The translations under genes were made by a program, and so were the position numbers. 64,000 bases of DNA from a virus (taxonomy: Duplodnaviria > Heunggongvirae > Uroviricota > Caudoviricetes): the IMG/VR virus record IMGVR_UViG_3300025133_000025, one strand, 5' to 3'. Below are positions 28,451 to 38,160 of this stretch, in pieces. Each line of letters starts with the position of its first letter. Within the stretch, counting starts at the first letter, position 1. Under the pieces are notes generated by a model that worked only from the letters and a program-made list of their open reading frames with translations, did not search any database and was not told the DNA's origin.

Positions 28451-29551
28451 CTAATCATTTTTACCACGCTGCCAGAACTTTTCGATTGTCGGAGCTCGTT
28501 CTGAAATTCTTTCAATAACGTTGAAGGCTTCTTCAAAATCATCCAGCTTATCGATATAGACCTCTTGCCTCGATGCATTCTTAACAGCGATGCGCAAAAT
28601 GACGTTAACTTCGCCACTGTTTGCAATAAATGACCTGAGATAAATCATTTGCTCAGCGCTTTTCGGATCACTGATCGTAAGGTTAAAACGAACCCCTCCG
28701 CCGGTTTCAATCGTTTCTTTCTCCAGCTTTACGCCCCACTTTTTTGCAAGCTTCTGCATGCGTGAGGCAGCACCCTTTGTTGCACGTATACCTGGAAGCG
28801 CTTCTTTTGAATATGCGCTAAGGTTCGGTCCAGTATCCTCAATTGTCATAATATGTTCAAGAAGATCTGCAGAAGCAAAAAAAGCCTGTGCTGGTTCATT
28901 CTTATGAAGTGTGCCGGTTCCGTTATCTACAATGCCGTGTACACCAAAATACCTTTTAAGCCCCGATGTCCACTTCTGCGCTGATTTTCCAAACATATGG
29001 CGCATCACATTCCACGCCTTTGATGTCCTATCATTTTTATGTGCTTCATCCCGCCACGTTTTATGTGATTGCACAATCGCATCAACAACTACTTGCTCAA
29101 CATCATCACCAGTTCTTTGAAGCTGGTCGATATTCCATGCCACAGAGTCATACATGAATTCACCAAGCTCTGGAAACTGCTGGCGAATCTTGGGAAAGTC
29201 GCTAAATGGATTTTGTAAAACAACAATTTTATCACGATGTTCTGGTTTTACCTTGAAGATATGCATAAACTTACGATCCCCGGCGTACGGGACATCGCGT
29301 TTAATAATTTCTTCAATTGAAAAACCTTCAAGGCTTTCTGCTTCTGGTGTAATAGGATACCCATAAATCCCAATTGGCGTATCAAATTTTGCGCTGGGGT
29401 TAAGACCAAGCTTATTCAAATCACTGAAGTGGACAAAGGTCCAGGAAAGCTCTTCCTCAGACAGACCTTCAACGTACTTCCTCAGCTTTCCTCTGCTTAC
29501 TCTGGGGAAGGCTTCAGTGAGAAGCTGCTTCATTGACGGAAATTGCGACAT
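28451..29551 (-). CDS. Leader-bearing protein, possibly ADP-ribosyltransferase-like
   Basis: ATG 29551: MSQFPSMKQLLTE; FVHFS...TPIGIYGYP and GVHGIVD.G.G..H.NEPAQAFF. Confidence 0.6.
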   Translation of the reverse strand: MSQFPSMKQLLTEAFPRVSRGKLRKYVEGLSEEELSWTFVHFSDLNKLGLNPSAKFDTPIGIYGYPITPEAESLEGFSIEEIIKRDVPYAGDRKFMHIFKVKPEHRDKIVVLQNPFSDFPKIRQQFPELGEFMYDSVAWNIDQLQRTGDDVEQVVVDAIVQSHKTWRDEAHKNDRTSKAWNVMRHMFGKSAQKWTSGLKRYFGVHGIVDNGTGTLHKNEPAQAFFASADLLEHIMTIEDTGPNLSAYSKEALPGIRATKGAASRMQKLAKKWGVKLEKETIETGGGVRFNLTISDPKSAEQMIYLRSFIANSGEVNVILRIAVKNASRQEVYIDKLDDFEEAFNVIERISERAPTIEKFWQRGKND

Positions 29552-29570
29552 CGTTATAACTATCACACTG

Positions 29571-29616
29571 AAACGACAAACGCCCTGGAACTTTCATTCC
29601 AGGGCGTTTGTCGTTT
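29571..29616 (-). terminator. Perfect 20-bp hairpin after the major capsid gene
   Basis: AAACGACAAACGCCCTGGAA (29571-29590), 6-nt loop, TTCCAGGGCGTTTGTCGTTT (29597-29616). Confidence 0.8.
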
Positions 29617-29643
29617 ATTGGGTTATTTGCCCAGCATCATTGT

Positions 29644-31521
29644 TTAGATGATGTTGAGGTCCAGGACAGTAACAACACCGTAGAAGTCGGGGCGAACCAT
29701 CTTCTTACCGTAGCGGGTCATGATGCCCTTACGCGGTGTGAAGTCGTCCGGCTCGAAGATCGTTGGTGTAGTGATAAGCGGCACGTACGGAGCGTACACA
29801 AATCCTGTCTCCAGGAAGCTCTTACCCTTGTAACCGACGAGGATCTTCTGGCGTGGGAAGTAGGGGTCCTTGTAAACCGTGAAGCGGTTGTTCAAGGTAC
29901 CGAGCTTCTCAGCACCGATCGTCATCTTCATGCCCTCGTTACCGAAGCCGGAGAGCGAAGGCTTGTAGACCACAGAGGCCTCAAGGATCGTCGCAATCTC
30001 AGGACCGCAAACCAGGAAGTTTGCAGCGCCGCGGAGCGTTAGGCGGTGGATCTCGTTCGCGCAATCGATCACGGTCTCGACAAGAGTCTCATACCATTCT
30101 CGGACTGTACCAGTGAAGCGAGGTCCGTTGTTGTTGTCTGTGACAATCACGCCAGTTGTCTTGTCGACGAACTTACCAGGTGCACGGCTCCAGAAGCGCT
30201 TTGTAACAGCATCATTCAGAAGATCACCGAGAATCTCTCGATCAATTTCAAGTGCGACCTGCTCAGACAGAATCTGAGTCAGTTCAACCTCTGCATCCAA
30301 GTTGTGGTATGCGTTGAGGTCCTGCGCAAGCTCTGGAGTCCAGACTGCCTTGAGCTTTCGAGTTTCGGACACAACAGACACACTGTTGATTCGAATGTTG
30401 ATTTCAGGAATCTCATTGAGAGTACCGAAATCAGACTCGAAGGCCGGTGCAACACTAACAGCAGCTGTATTACCATCAACAATCAGGTTCTCGGAGACCG
30501 GGAACATAATACCAATGTCATTATCTACAGTACGGTTAGCACCAGCGACAGAACCATCGGCCCAGCCTGCGTTTGCCTGGAAGTTAGTGTACGAACCAGT
30601 CAGGTAAACGTGGACGCGGTCTGCACCTTCACCCATACCAACCTGTGAAGCAATGGTAATACCGGTTGCAAGCTTGTTCAATCGGCGGAGCTGTGTAACA
30701 GCACCCGGCATTGTACCTGCAGAAGCAATTGAACCAGCCTCATCATCTGACTCATCAGTTTCCGTTACAACAGAACCTGAGTACAGGAACAGTGAAGTCA
30801 CAAGTGACTCATCATAAACAGCGTTTGTGCTTCCGAAGAAGAAACCAGGCTGCGTTGAAGAACCAGATAGTGCAACAACAAACAGGCCGGGGACCAGATC
30901 AGTTGAAGAACTGAGGTTGTACAGTGAAGCAAGAGCAGGATCGAAATCAGTCTGCGCCCAAGTAACCGCACCTGAAATTGCGACAATGTCGCCTTCAACT
31001 GCTGACCCTGACACAACAACGTTTCGACGGCTGTAACCTGCGCCCAGGAGATCGTAGGGACCACCTGAACCTGACGCACCGCCTGCCTGCAATTCAGAAG
31101 CAATTGGTGAACCGTAGATTGAGTCGTTCGGAGCCTCATTTCCACCCTGGCCTGCGCCCATACCGCGGGCAGAGCCATAGCGATAATCGAGGTAGAAGAG
31201 TAGTCCCGAGGGAAGACTCATTGGCTGGACAGAAACCAGCTCATTGGCCAGAAGCCCTGCAAACACCCGGCGAACCATGGGGAATGCAATGTTCTGGAAG
31301 CCCTGCACATCAGAAGCCGTACCAGCAAGGCCACCCTGCGAGTTAGTTTCTGCCAAAAGCGCGCGGGCCTGGTTCTCAAGCATCACTGCCATCGTACCTG
31401 CACGTTCACCTGACAGCCCCTCAAGCAGTCCAGTCTTGCGCCACTTATTCAGCATGCGCGTGTGATCAGCCTTCTTATTAGGGTTTCGAATTCCCTCAAA
31501 GAGTGCGTTCATGTTAGTCAT
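29644..31521 (-). CDS. Major capsid protein (T4 gp23-like) with a large central insertion
   Basis: KWRKTGLLEGL, FPMVRRVF..L.ANELVSVQPMSLPSGLLFYLDY, RKLKAVWTPELAQDLNAYH.LDAEVELT, YAPYVPL, FTPRKGIMTRYGKKMVRPDFYG. Confidence 0.97.
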   Translation of the reverse strand: MTNMNALFEGIRNPNKKADHTRMLNKWRKTGLLEGLSGERAGTMAVMLENQARALLAETNSQGGLAGTASDVQGFQNIAFPMVRRVFAGLLANELVSVQPMSLPSGLLFYLDYRYGSARGMGAGQGGNEAPNDSIYGSPIASELQAGGASGSGGPYDLLGAGYSRRNVVVSGSAVEGDIVAISGAVTWAQTDFDPALASLYNLSSSTDLVPGLFVVALSGSSTQPGFFFGSTNAVYDESLVTSLFLYSGSVVTETDESDDEAGSIASAGTMPGAVTQLRRLNKLATGITIASQVGMGEGADRVHVYLTGSYTNFQANAGWADGSVAGANRTVDNDIGIMFPVSENLIVDGNTAAVSVAPAFESDFGTLNEIPEINIRINSVSVVSETRKLKAVWTPELAQDLNAYHNLDAEVELTQILSEQVALEIDREILGDLLNDAVTKRFWSRAPGKFVDKTTGVIVTDNNNGPRFTGTVREWYETLVETVIDCANEIHRLTLRGAANFLVCGPEIATILEASVVYKPSLSGFGNEGMKMTIGAEKLGTLNNRFTVYKDPYFPRQKILVGYKGKSFLETGFVYAPYVPLITTPTIFEPDDFTPRKGIMTRYGKKMVRPDFYGVVTVLDLNII

Positions 31522-31552
31522 TTCTTAATTCTCCTAGTGCTTTCGAGCGTTT

Positions 31553-32494
31553 TTAGCTTACGATTCCAGCGATTCGCTTCCACGACTCACTTAGAACCTG
31601 TTTGTTAGCGCCCTCATTAAGTCGTGCACTTGGTCCAGTTGAGCGGGAACTTGATGGAACCCGACGACCTTCTGCAAGAACGTTCTTCAATGTTGACTTC
31701 CAAGTTTCAGCAACGATTTTCACCGCGTCTACGCTCTTCGCCCTGTCGAAGGATTCAGCAACTTGCTTCCTCAGACCTTCAGCGTTAGCACTGGGTAGAC
31801 TACGCAGAACCTTCTGCGTGTAAACAACCTTGGCGTTAAAAAGATTTGTTTCCTTGAGAGCTCCGTAGAGCTTTCCATTTGTCTTGCGAAGAGTAGAATT
31901 CTCTTTCACAGTCTTTCGTGCAAGCTTACGAAGCTTTGCATTCTCAGTCCGAACTCTGCGTACCTCAGCAGCGAACTTCTGGACGTTTGCAACAGTGCCG
32001 GCTTCCTTGCCAGCCTGGTACTCAGAACCGATTTCGGCTAGACCTGACGCAGGATCAATATGCTCTTCTGGTGCATCAATATCACCAAAGTCAGATGTTG
32101 CAGGACCCGCGGCCTCTGCAATTCCACGAAGCGCCTCTTCAAGAGCAGCCTCATCGAGCTCATCCTCATCGGCAGCCTCTTCAAGCTCGTCCTCATCGGC
32201 CATTTCGCTTAGAGAAAAGAGCTCTTCCAGCTCATCATCAGCAACAGGCTCCTCAACGGGCGCCGGCTCCTCATCCTCAACCTCACCAAAGAGGCTTTCA
32301 AGTTCAAGGTCCTCAGCGGCCTCGGTCTCATATTCCATGTCGTCGGCTCCTTCGCCAAAGTGAGCGCTTACGCTCTCGTTTACAATGCTATCAATCTTTG
32401 GTCGAAGCGACTCCGCCATCACCGTACGTGCGGCATGCAGGGCGCTCTCCCGAATCTTCTTTGCATCAAGGACTGCGTTTTCGTAAAGTGACAT
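31553..32494 (-). CDS. Prohead core scaffold protein (gp22-like)
   Basis: Acidic EELE repeats, coiled coil, NLFNAKVVY, FDRAKSV, W.RIAGI; immediately upstream of the capsid gene. Confidence 0.85.
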   Translation of the reverse strand: MSLYENAVLDAKKIRESALHAARTVMAESLRPKIDSIVNESVSAHFGEGADDMEYETEAAEDLELESLFGEVEDEEPAPVEEPVADDELEELFSLSEMADEDELEEAADEDELDEAALEEALRGIAEAAGPATSDFGDIDAPEEHIDPASGLAEIGSEYQAGKEAGTVANVQKFAAEVRRVRTENAKLRKLARKTVKENSTLRKTNGKLYGALKETNLFNAKVVYTQKVLRSLPSANAEGLRKQVAESFDRAKSVDAVKIVAETWKSTLKNVLAEGRRVPSSSRSTGPSARLNEGANKQVLSESWKRIAGIVS

Positions 32495-32573
32495 TAATCG
32501 CTTCTCCGGTAGTTGTCTAGAAATATCTAGCGTTTGGGTTATAACAGTGCTCGTTTATTTGTGTCAAATGACA

Positions 32574-32753
32574 CTATTTTCTGCGGGCCTTGCGGCGTTT
32601 CTTTGCTCTACGTGTTCCGGTAAAATACATTCTTTCTCTTGCTTCGTCAAGAATACCTGAATTTTGTACTTTTCGACAGAAGCGCTTGATAAGTTTTTGA
32701 TTCGTATCATTACCTCTTCTTGCCACCGACACTCTAACTGCATTCTTCGCCAT
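32574..32753 (-). CDS. rpsU: Ribosomal protein bS21 (phage-encoded)
   Basis: 59 aa, below the ORF-track cutoff: MAKNAVRVSVARRGNDTNQKLIKRFCRKVQNSGILDEARERMYFTGTRRAKKRRKARRK; matches the bS21 pattern V.V...e..likRF.rkv..sGil.e.r.r.yf plus basic tail. Confidence 0.85.
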   Translation of the reverse strand: MAKNAVRVSVARRGNDTNQKLIKRFCRKVQNSGILDEARERMYFTGTRRAKKRRKARRK

Positions 32754-32764
32754 TTATAGTCCGA

Positions 32765-33802
32765 TCAAATTCCATAATACGCAGCAACCTCTTCATGAAT
32801 TATTTCTTGAAGCCTCTCTGCTGTGATATGAACACTTTCTGTTTTCTTCGGTTTTCGCCGAATTACCTTTTGCCCAGGCTTCGCAGCCCGTGCTTTAATT
32901 CTATCTTTTGCTGGATCTCCGCCGGCTCTAGCCTGCGCAAGATCTGCTCTGTTTCTTTCATCATCCTTAAGTGCAACGCCTTTAGCCTTTGCAACTTGGC
33001 GGGCTGACTTATCCATCATGCGTGCCAAGCTTCCCTCTGGGGGTCTCTTAGATGAAGACCATCTGCCGCGTGAACGTGCAGCAAATTTTCCTTGACCAAC
33101 CTGTCGAAGATCGTCCTGGGTAAGCCCATGATATGGAAACTTATCCATGAAATCCATAAACGCTGACGGGCTATCAAACTCGAGTGTTTTTGGCTTATCA
33201 AATGGGTGCCAAAAAACATGGCCTCGCTCGACCTTAGATAAGATACGACCAAAACCCTTTTCACCTGTCGGAATGCCAGCTGGAGTCTTTTTATCCCATG
33301 CAACATTTTTCCAGTCAAGTGTATGTGTGTAATGAGTCTGTCCAGTGAATGTGCCCTGAAAGGGAGGCCATGCATGAAACTTTACACGCTTTATGCTTGG
33401 ATCTTTAGGCTTGAATTCTTCGACCCGCTTCTTGAGATCATCTAGTGGATTTGCTTTTTTATTACCTGGAGCTTCAGCCTTTAGTGACAGCATCCCCTGC
33501 AATTCTGTATCAGGCTCTCCAGTATCGTCAGGCCCGTATGCAGGGTCTTGAAAGCCGCCCTTGCCACCGTATGAGATTGATGTAGTTGCTGGATGCGCAT
33601 CTCTTGATGTCTTTGTCATCCCGCGGTCTGCGATTGCAGGATTTCCGTACATTCCCATCTTATTTCCACTCATACCCTGCTTTGGATAGAAAGTGTCAGT
33701 GCGAGCATCATCTACAGGTTCCCCACGGTATTCACCCTGGTTCCTTTTCTGCGGAATTATAGCAGCGACGTTGCTGCGCATATGCTCAAAGAATGTACTC
33801 AT
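32765..33802 (-). CDS. Hypothetical head-region protein
   Basis: 345 aa, basic C-terminal half, ends ITAERLQEIIHEEV. Confidence 0.65.
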   Translation of the reverse strand: MSTFFEHMRSNVAAIIPQKRNQGEYRGEPVDDARTDTFYPKQGMSGNKMGMYGNPAIADRGMTKTSRDAHPATTSISYGGKGGFQDPAYGPDDTGEPDTELQGMLSLKAEAPGNKKANPLDDLKKRVEEFKPKDPSIKRVKFHAWPPFQGTFTGQTHYTHTLDWKNVAWDKKTPAGIPTGEKGFGRILSKVERGHVFWHPFDKPKTLEFDSPSAFMDFMDKFPYHGLTQDDLRQVGQGKFAARSRGRWSSSKRPPEGSLARMMDKSARQVAKAKGVALKDDERNRADLAQARAGGDPAKDRIKARAAKPGQKVIRRKPKKTESVHITAERLQEIIHEEVAAYYGI

Positions 33803-33864
33803 AGTTTAACTCTATTATCCTGTTAAATATCTAGCACCAGATAGTAGCACTAATTAGAAAAGCT

Positions 33865-34638
33865 TTATGGAAGAGCATCAAGCTCAGAAGATGCATAAAA
33901 TGCTGCTGTAATTTTATAGACAATAAATAGCACGCTAGTTGCGCCATTTTGCGCGCCAAAACCTACACCTAATTTGGACTGCGCGCCAACGCAATCCCAC
34001 TCGTCAGGGTCTGGAGTTACCCATGCATCACCTTCAAGCTCTTTCCATTTCCAGTCGCACATTCCATCGATAGATTCAAACCCAATCCACTGATCGTCAG
34101 TCCATGTTGGTACTGGATTATGGCTAGTGCCCAACCTTGCTGCGCCGAATGCCATGGCACGAGGGTACATTATGCTATCTTTATACAGTGCCCCAACTTG
34201 CCTAGTATCATTGTCTGTGTTTGCGTTACCGCTCCACTTGCCTGCAAATATGTTCCGTGATAATGTTGCAGCGTCACTCTCAAAGTTCACCGCTACTTCA
34301 CTGTTTCCAACACAGGTGCCTAAGATTAGCGCTGCCGCGTCGTTAGGTGCGGCTGTTGTATAGCCCCAGTAATGGTGTGCGCCGGGGTCCCCTAGTATAA
34401 ACTCGAATCTATCAGGGTACTCAGTTATGGAGTCGAACAATGCGAAATTCTGAACCTCCCTACCATCCAGAGCGCCTCCAGACCCAACTAAAAGACCGCC
34501 GCTCTCGGTATAGACAAGCGAACTGTCTGCAATTATTGGGACAATAGTTAGCTCAGTCACTGTTGCACCATCACCTCCGCCAACAGCAGGTCGAGAATCT
34601 TGTGAAAAGCCGCCGCCGAAGCCGCCCCCGAAACCCAT
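33865..34638 (-). CDS. Hypothetical protein (Gly-rich N-terminus, beta-rich; possible virion decoration)
   Basis: 257 aa, TAATG-coupled to the upstream gene. Confidence 0.55.
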   Translation of the reverse strand: MGFGGGFGGGFSQDSRPAVGGGDGATVTELTIVPIIADSSLVYTESGGLLVGSGGALDGREVQNFALFDSITEYPDRFEFILGDPGAHHYWGYTTAAPNDAAALILGTCVGNSEVAVNFESDAATLSRNIFAGKWSGNANTDNDTRQVGALYKDSIMYPRAMAFGAARLGTSHNPVPTWTDDQWIGFESIDGMCDWKWKELEGDAWVTPDPDEWDCVGAQSKLGVGFGAQNGATSVLFIVYKITAAFYASSELDALP

Positions 34639-35207
34639 TACCTTGTCCTCGTGTTAATAATAGCCTGTGTCGCCTCAGGTGATCCAACAGGAACATCAAG
34701 TGACGCGCGCAGTGACGCTAGCCGCTGCTCTTCAAGAAAATTTGACTGCAATTGCTGCGGTGCTTTAACTTCAATGCCAGCGGCGCGCTGCATCACATCA
34801 AAATCTAAACCAAGTGCTGCAAGATCGGCATCACCACCCATTGCTCCAGCAGAGTGCTCTGCCATTAATGCTTCTGGACTGTCACCTCGACCAATGGGGG
34901 CGCCAACGTCTGCAAAGATATCAACACCGCCAACACTCATTGATGGACGGGTTGGAGGTGTGACTCTTTCATCAAGCCTATTGCTCGCCATATTCCTCTG
35001 AAACATTTCCTCAATGCTCATTTCCTGCTTGGGTGCTTGCTGGTGTGAGGGTGCTGCAGCACTGTTTTCATTCAGAACCCGTGAAACAGATTCTGCAACA
35101 ATCCCAGCAAGCTTACTTTCAATCAGCATCTCTGACAGGACCTCATTGATACATTCACGAATAAGTGGCTTAAGCTTTGCCTTTAATTGCTTCTTATTCA
35201 CTTTCAT
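34638..35207 (-). CDS. Hypothetical head-region protein
   Basis: Starts MKVNKKQLKAKLKPLIRECINEVLSE. Confidence 0.6.
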   Translation of the reverse strand: MKVNKKQLKAKLKPLIRECINEVLSEMLIESKLAGIVAESVSRVLNENSAAAPSHQQAPKQEMSIEEMFQRNMASNRLDERVTPPTRPSMSVGGVDIFADVGAPIGRGDSPEALMAEHSAGAMGGDADLAALGLDFDVMQRAAGIEVKAPQQLQSNFLEEQRLASLRASLDVPVGSPEATQAIINTRTR

Positions 35208-35212
35208 CTTTT

Positions 35213-35590
35213 CTAACCTACGCCTTCTTGGCCATCAGATCCTGTGACTATCATGAGGCCTGCAGGGATTCCAGTTAGACCGGCAACGACCTGCACATCT
35301 TCATCTCCGTCAACTGCGAGCATGAAAAGTGATGGTGTTCGAAGCTCAACAGCTAAAGAACCAGAATTTTCAAGCCTAAAAGTATGGCCACTATCAAGGC
35401 CATTTTCTGTTACTGCGAAATCAACAGAGCCGCTAGTGAGCACCTGCACTGTGAAGAATCGTGTGACTTGTGGAAATTTAATTTCAACTGCTGTTGAAGC
35501 ATTCGCAGTTGATTGCGTTAGATATGGATAACCTGACACTCCATATTGCGAAACGTCATGCAATCCTGCAAGCGGGTTATTCATACTCAT
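35213..35590 (-). CDS. Conserved hypothetical head-region protein
   Basis: YGVSGYPYL, IKFPQVTRFFTV, VAGLTGI. Confidence 0.6.
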   Translation of the reverse strand: MSMNNPLAGLHDVSQYGVSGYPYLTQSTANASTAVEIKFPQVTRFFTVQVLTSGSVDFAVTENGLDSGHTFRLENSGSLAVELRTPSLFMLAVDGDEDVQVVAGLTGIPAGLMIVTGSDGQEGVG

Positions 35591-35593
35591 CGG

Positions 35594-36193
35594 TTACTCC
35601 TTGCCACGCTTGTGGAAAATTATATTGTTTGCAATCCTGGTGATGCGATCATTTCGCTCTCTTGGCCGCAAGATCCGTTTGCCTTCTGGTAGCACGTATG
35701 CACCGGGTGTTGATGGTTCAGATACTAAATCAAAGCAAATTAATTGGAAATCATCTTGGACTACATCAAAGCCACCAGAGGCTTGTGTCGAACCAACTCC
35801 GCGTGAACTAATTCCTAATACTCCGCCTGCCTTAAGGATTGCCTCAGCAATTTGGCCTGTCGGGGTTCCCATTAGCTTAAGCTTTCCAAAAACTTCATCA
35901 CCTTCCCACCAGACTTCAGTCATCATGTGTGATGCCTTCTGCAAGTTTACAACAGTGTCTTGTGGATGATCAAGCTCTCCATACGCTCTTCGCTCTTGAA
36001 TGGGTGTTTGATAATTTTGAACTTCACGTTCAAGAATTTCACGCGGATACTTGCGCTCATTTGCATTTCCCAAATCAGCATGCTGGCACCGGCCAGAGAG
36101 GATGATGTCACGACCAGCCTCCACATCCTCACGAAGCTTGTCAGCATCATACTCAAGCTGGTAAAATTCGCAGAGGATTTTTCGATCAGCCAT
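35594..36193 (-). CDS. Prohead core protease (T4 gp21-like)
   Basis: N.NERKYPREIL.RE, AYGELDHP, SH, LGISSRGVGS, FDLVSEPSTPGAY. Confidence 0.95.
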   Translation of the reverse strand: MADRKILCEFYQLEYDADKLREDVEAGRDIILSGRCQHADLGNANERKYPREILEREVQNYQTPIQERRAYGELDHPQDTVVNLQKASHMMTEVWWEGDEVFGKLKLMGTPTGQIAEAILKAGGVLGISSRGVGSTQASGGFDVVQDDFQLICFDLVSEPSTPGAYVLPEGKRILRPRERNDRITRIANNIIFHKRGKE

Positions 36194-36204
36194 GATTAAT
36201 CTCC

Positions 36205-38160
36205 TTAGAGGTTCACGCTTGAGATTGCTGTGCCAACAACTGCTTCATCATCAGTCTTTCGTCCCACATTAAGTGCTACAGAAGATGGTGAAGCAATGAC
36301 TAACTGAACCGTTTGCTTATTTGAAACTCGATTGAACTGCATAACAACAGAGTTGCCAGACATAAAAACTTTTATGGGGTCATCAGACTGAAGTGACCTG
36401 CTGATGAACGAAGCAAGCTTACTCTGAATTCGCTTCAACGTTTCTTCGTCGATTTCACCGTCCTCTCCGACGTCAGCGTGGTCGCCCTCTTCAGGTTCAT
36501 CAGCAGGCTCTTCAGGTTCATCTGGCTTGTCATCTCTATCTTGGACGCGCTTTATATCATCACTTGGATTTTTTACGTCGTCGTAATTTACTGACGCAAC
36601 ATCATCTGGATCTGCGTCATTATCAAGGTTGATATCTACTGCTTTTGAATCAGGACCCTTTTCATCTTCGCCCTCAGGCTCATCGTTTGCCTCTGCGATG
36701 CGATACCACTCAAGGAGATCAAATTCATCAAGCCATGACTTATCAATTTTACCCGAACCTTCATATGTAATTAAACGCTGGTCAGCAGCATTTGTTTTGC
36801 TTTCAGGCTTTGCCTTCGCAAGCTTTTTTGCGCCAGGAGACTCATTATCAGCATCAAACAATTCTGACATGCTGGCCCATGGTGAGCGCATATCAGAGCT
36901 ATTTGAATCAGAGATATAATCTTCACCGTAGCGCTCTACATCTTCTGGCCGCTCTTTATCAATTGCAGATTTGTCACCCGCTTTCTTGATATCTTTTGTT
37001 TCGAGCTCTGCATCAGGAACGTCAGGTGACCAATCCTCAAAAAGTGCTGTGAATAGATCAGACATTATGCGTCCCTCTCCAAAAATTGAGGATGGAATAT
37101 TAACTCCATCACCGTCGTACCAGACAATAGTGTCAGGTGTGAACAAGTCTCTCATATAATTATCGCTACTTGGGTTTCCGACCATGTTATATGGTCCGTC
37201 TTCCCGAAGTACGTGATCGACCTGGAACAAACCACGACCATACAGCGCATTTGGTTCACCTGTCGACATTCGACCAGTTGGTATTGTCGGTGACTTTGAT
37301 TTGCGAGATGGAGCCTGCTTGAACTTAAGATTGCCGCCTGGCTCACCCTCAAACGGATCCATAACTTCAGCACCATCAGAACCATAGAACCTAAAGAGCA
37401 TTCGCCGAAAGGCCGGATGCAAATCTCTTGCCTGTGATTTCAATTCGCTTAATGTTGCCCACTTAATCTCAGTGAGCTCATCTTTTTGAAGCTCAAACTT
37501 CCAGTTGTCTGCAGTTTTATCATCAATATCAGCAATAAAGTTCAACGCCTTGAAACCTTCACCTTCATGCATGTAGTGCCCGCGAATCTTCGCAGTTACA
37601 GGCATTGCGCCAACTTCTTCACCAACTTCTCGTGCAGCTGTTCTAACAAATGACGTGTACGGATCACCAGAGATAATATCTTCAGCTTCCTGGGCGCCAC
37701 CGATGTTGCTCCATGTTTCACCACAATCGCCACCGGGTGCACGCAAAGCTACAAGGAATTTGCCGCGATTGTGAAACAGAACAAATGCTGCAGTCTTAGA
37801 ATGGGGTTCAATATCGGCGATGCTTGCTTCATCAAAGATATGCTTCTTGAGAGGCTTTGAATCTGAGCCACCAGCTGTTATGCCTTGAACGGCAGCTGCA
37901 GCATTTTCGTGATAGTCCTCACCGACATCGTCGATGTAATTACCAACAACGCGGAGCTGATCCGATGTTTCTTCTGCTTGACTACCTAAAACGTTGAGGC
38001 TTTCAATATCTTCATCGTCAATTAGGCCCTCGGCGAGCCCTTCTGGGAGCTGGGCTTCACGCTCGTCAACTGTCTGCTGCGCCATATTTGAGACACTCTC
38101 TTTATCATTTTTGGTTAATTGCATGATCATTTCCCTCAAGCTCCCTTGAGAGATCTGCAT
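36205..38160 (-). CDS. Acidic head-region protein with an internal NUDIX hydrolase domain
   Basis: WSNIGG...TAAREVGEEVG Nudix box and E....KW; long D/E-rich flanks. Start is 38160 or 38130 (SD GAGGG). Confidence 0.7.
   Translation of the reverse strand: MQISQGSLREMIMQLTKNDKESVSNMAQQTVDEREAQLPEGLAEGLIDDEDIESLNVLGSQAEETSDQLRVVGNYIDDVGEDYHENAAAAVQGITAGGSDSKPLKKHIFDEASIADIEPHSKTAAFVLFHNRGKFLVALRAPGGDCGETWSNIGGAQEAEDIISGDPYTSFVRTAAREVGEEVGAMPVTAKIRGHYMHEGEGFKALNFIADIDDKTADNWKFELQKDELTEIKWATLSELKSQARDLHPAFRRMLFRFYGSDGAEVMDPFEGEPGGNLKFKQAPSRKSKSPTIPTGRMSTGEPNALYGRGLFQVDHVLREDGPYNMVGNPSSDNYMRDLFTPDTIVWYDGDGVNIPSSIFGEGRIMSDLFTALFEDWSPDVPDAELETKDIKKAGDKSAIDKERPEDVERYGEDYISDSNSSDMRSPWASMSELFDADNESPGAKKLAKAKPESKTNAADQRLITYEGSGKIDKSWLDEFDLLEWYRIAEANDEPEGEDEKGPDSKAVDINLDNDADPDDVASVNYDDVKNPSDDIKRVQDRDDKPDEPEEPADEPEEGDHADVGEDGEIDEETLKRIQSKLASFISRSLQSDDPIKVFMSGNSVVMQFNRVSNKQTVQLVIASPSSVALNVGRKTDDEAVVGTAISSVNL

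Larger units (their letters stand above)
32521..33835 (-). promoter_or_regulatory. Candidate late-promoter motif, CTA[GCT][AT]TA[TC] on the coding strand
   Basis: AAATATCTAGC identical at 32521 and 33825; related copies upstream of late genes at 18107, 19831, 23334, 26537, 27797, 29555, 38962, 41770 and 59534. Confidence 0.45.
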
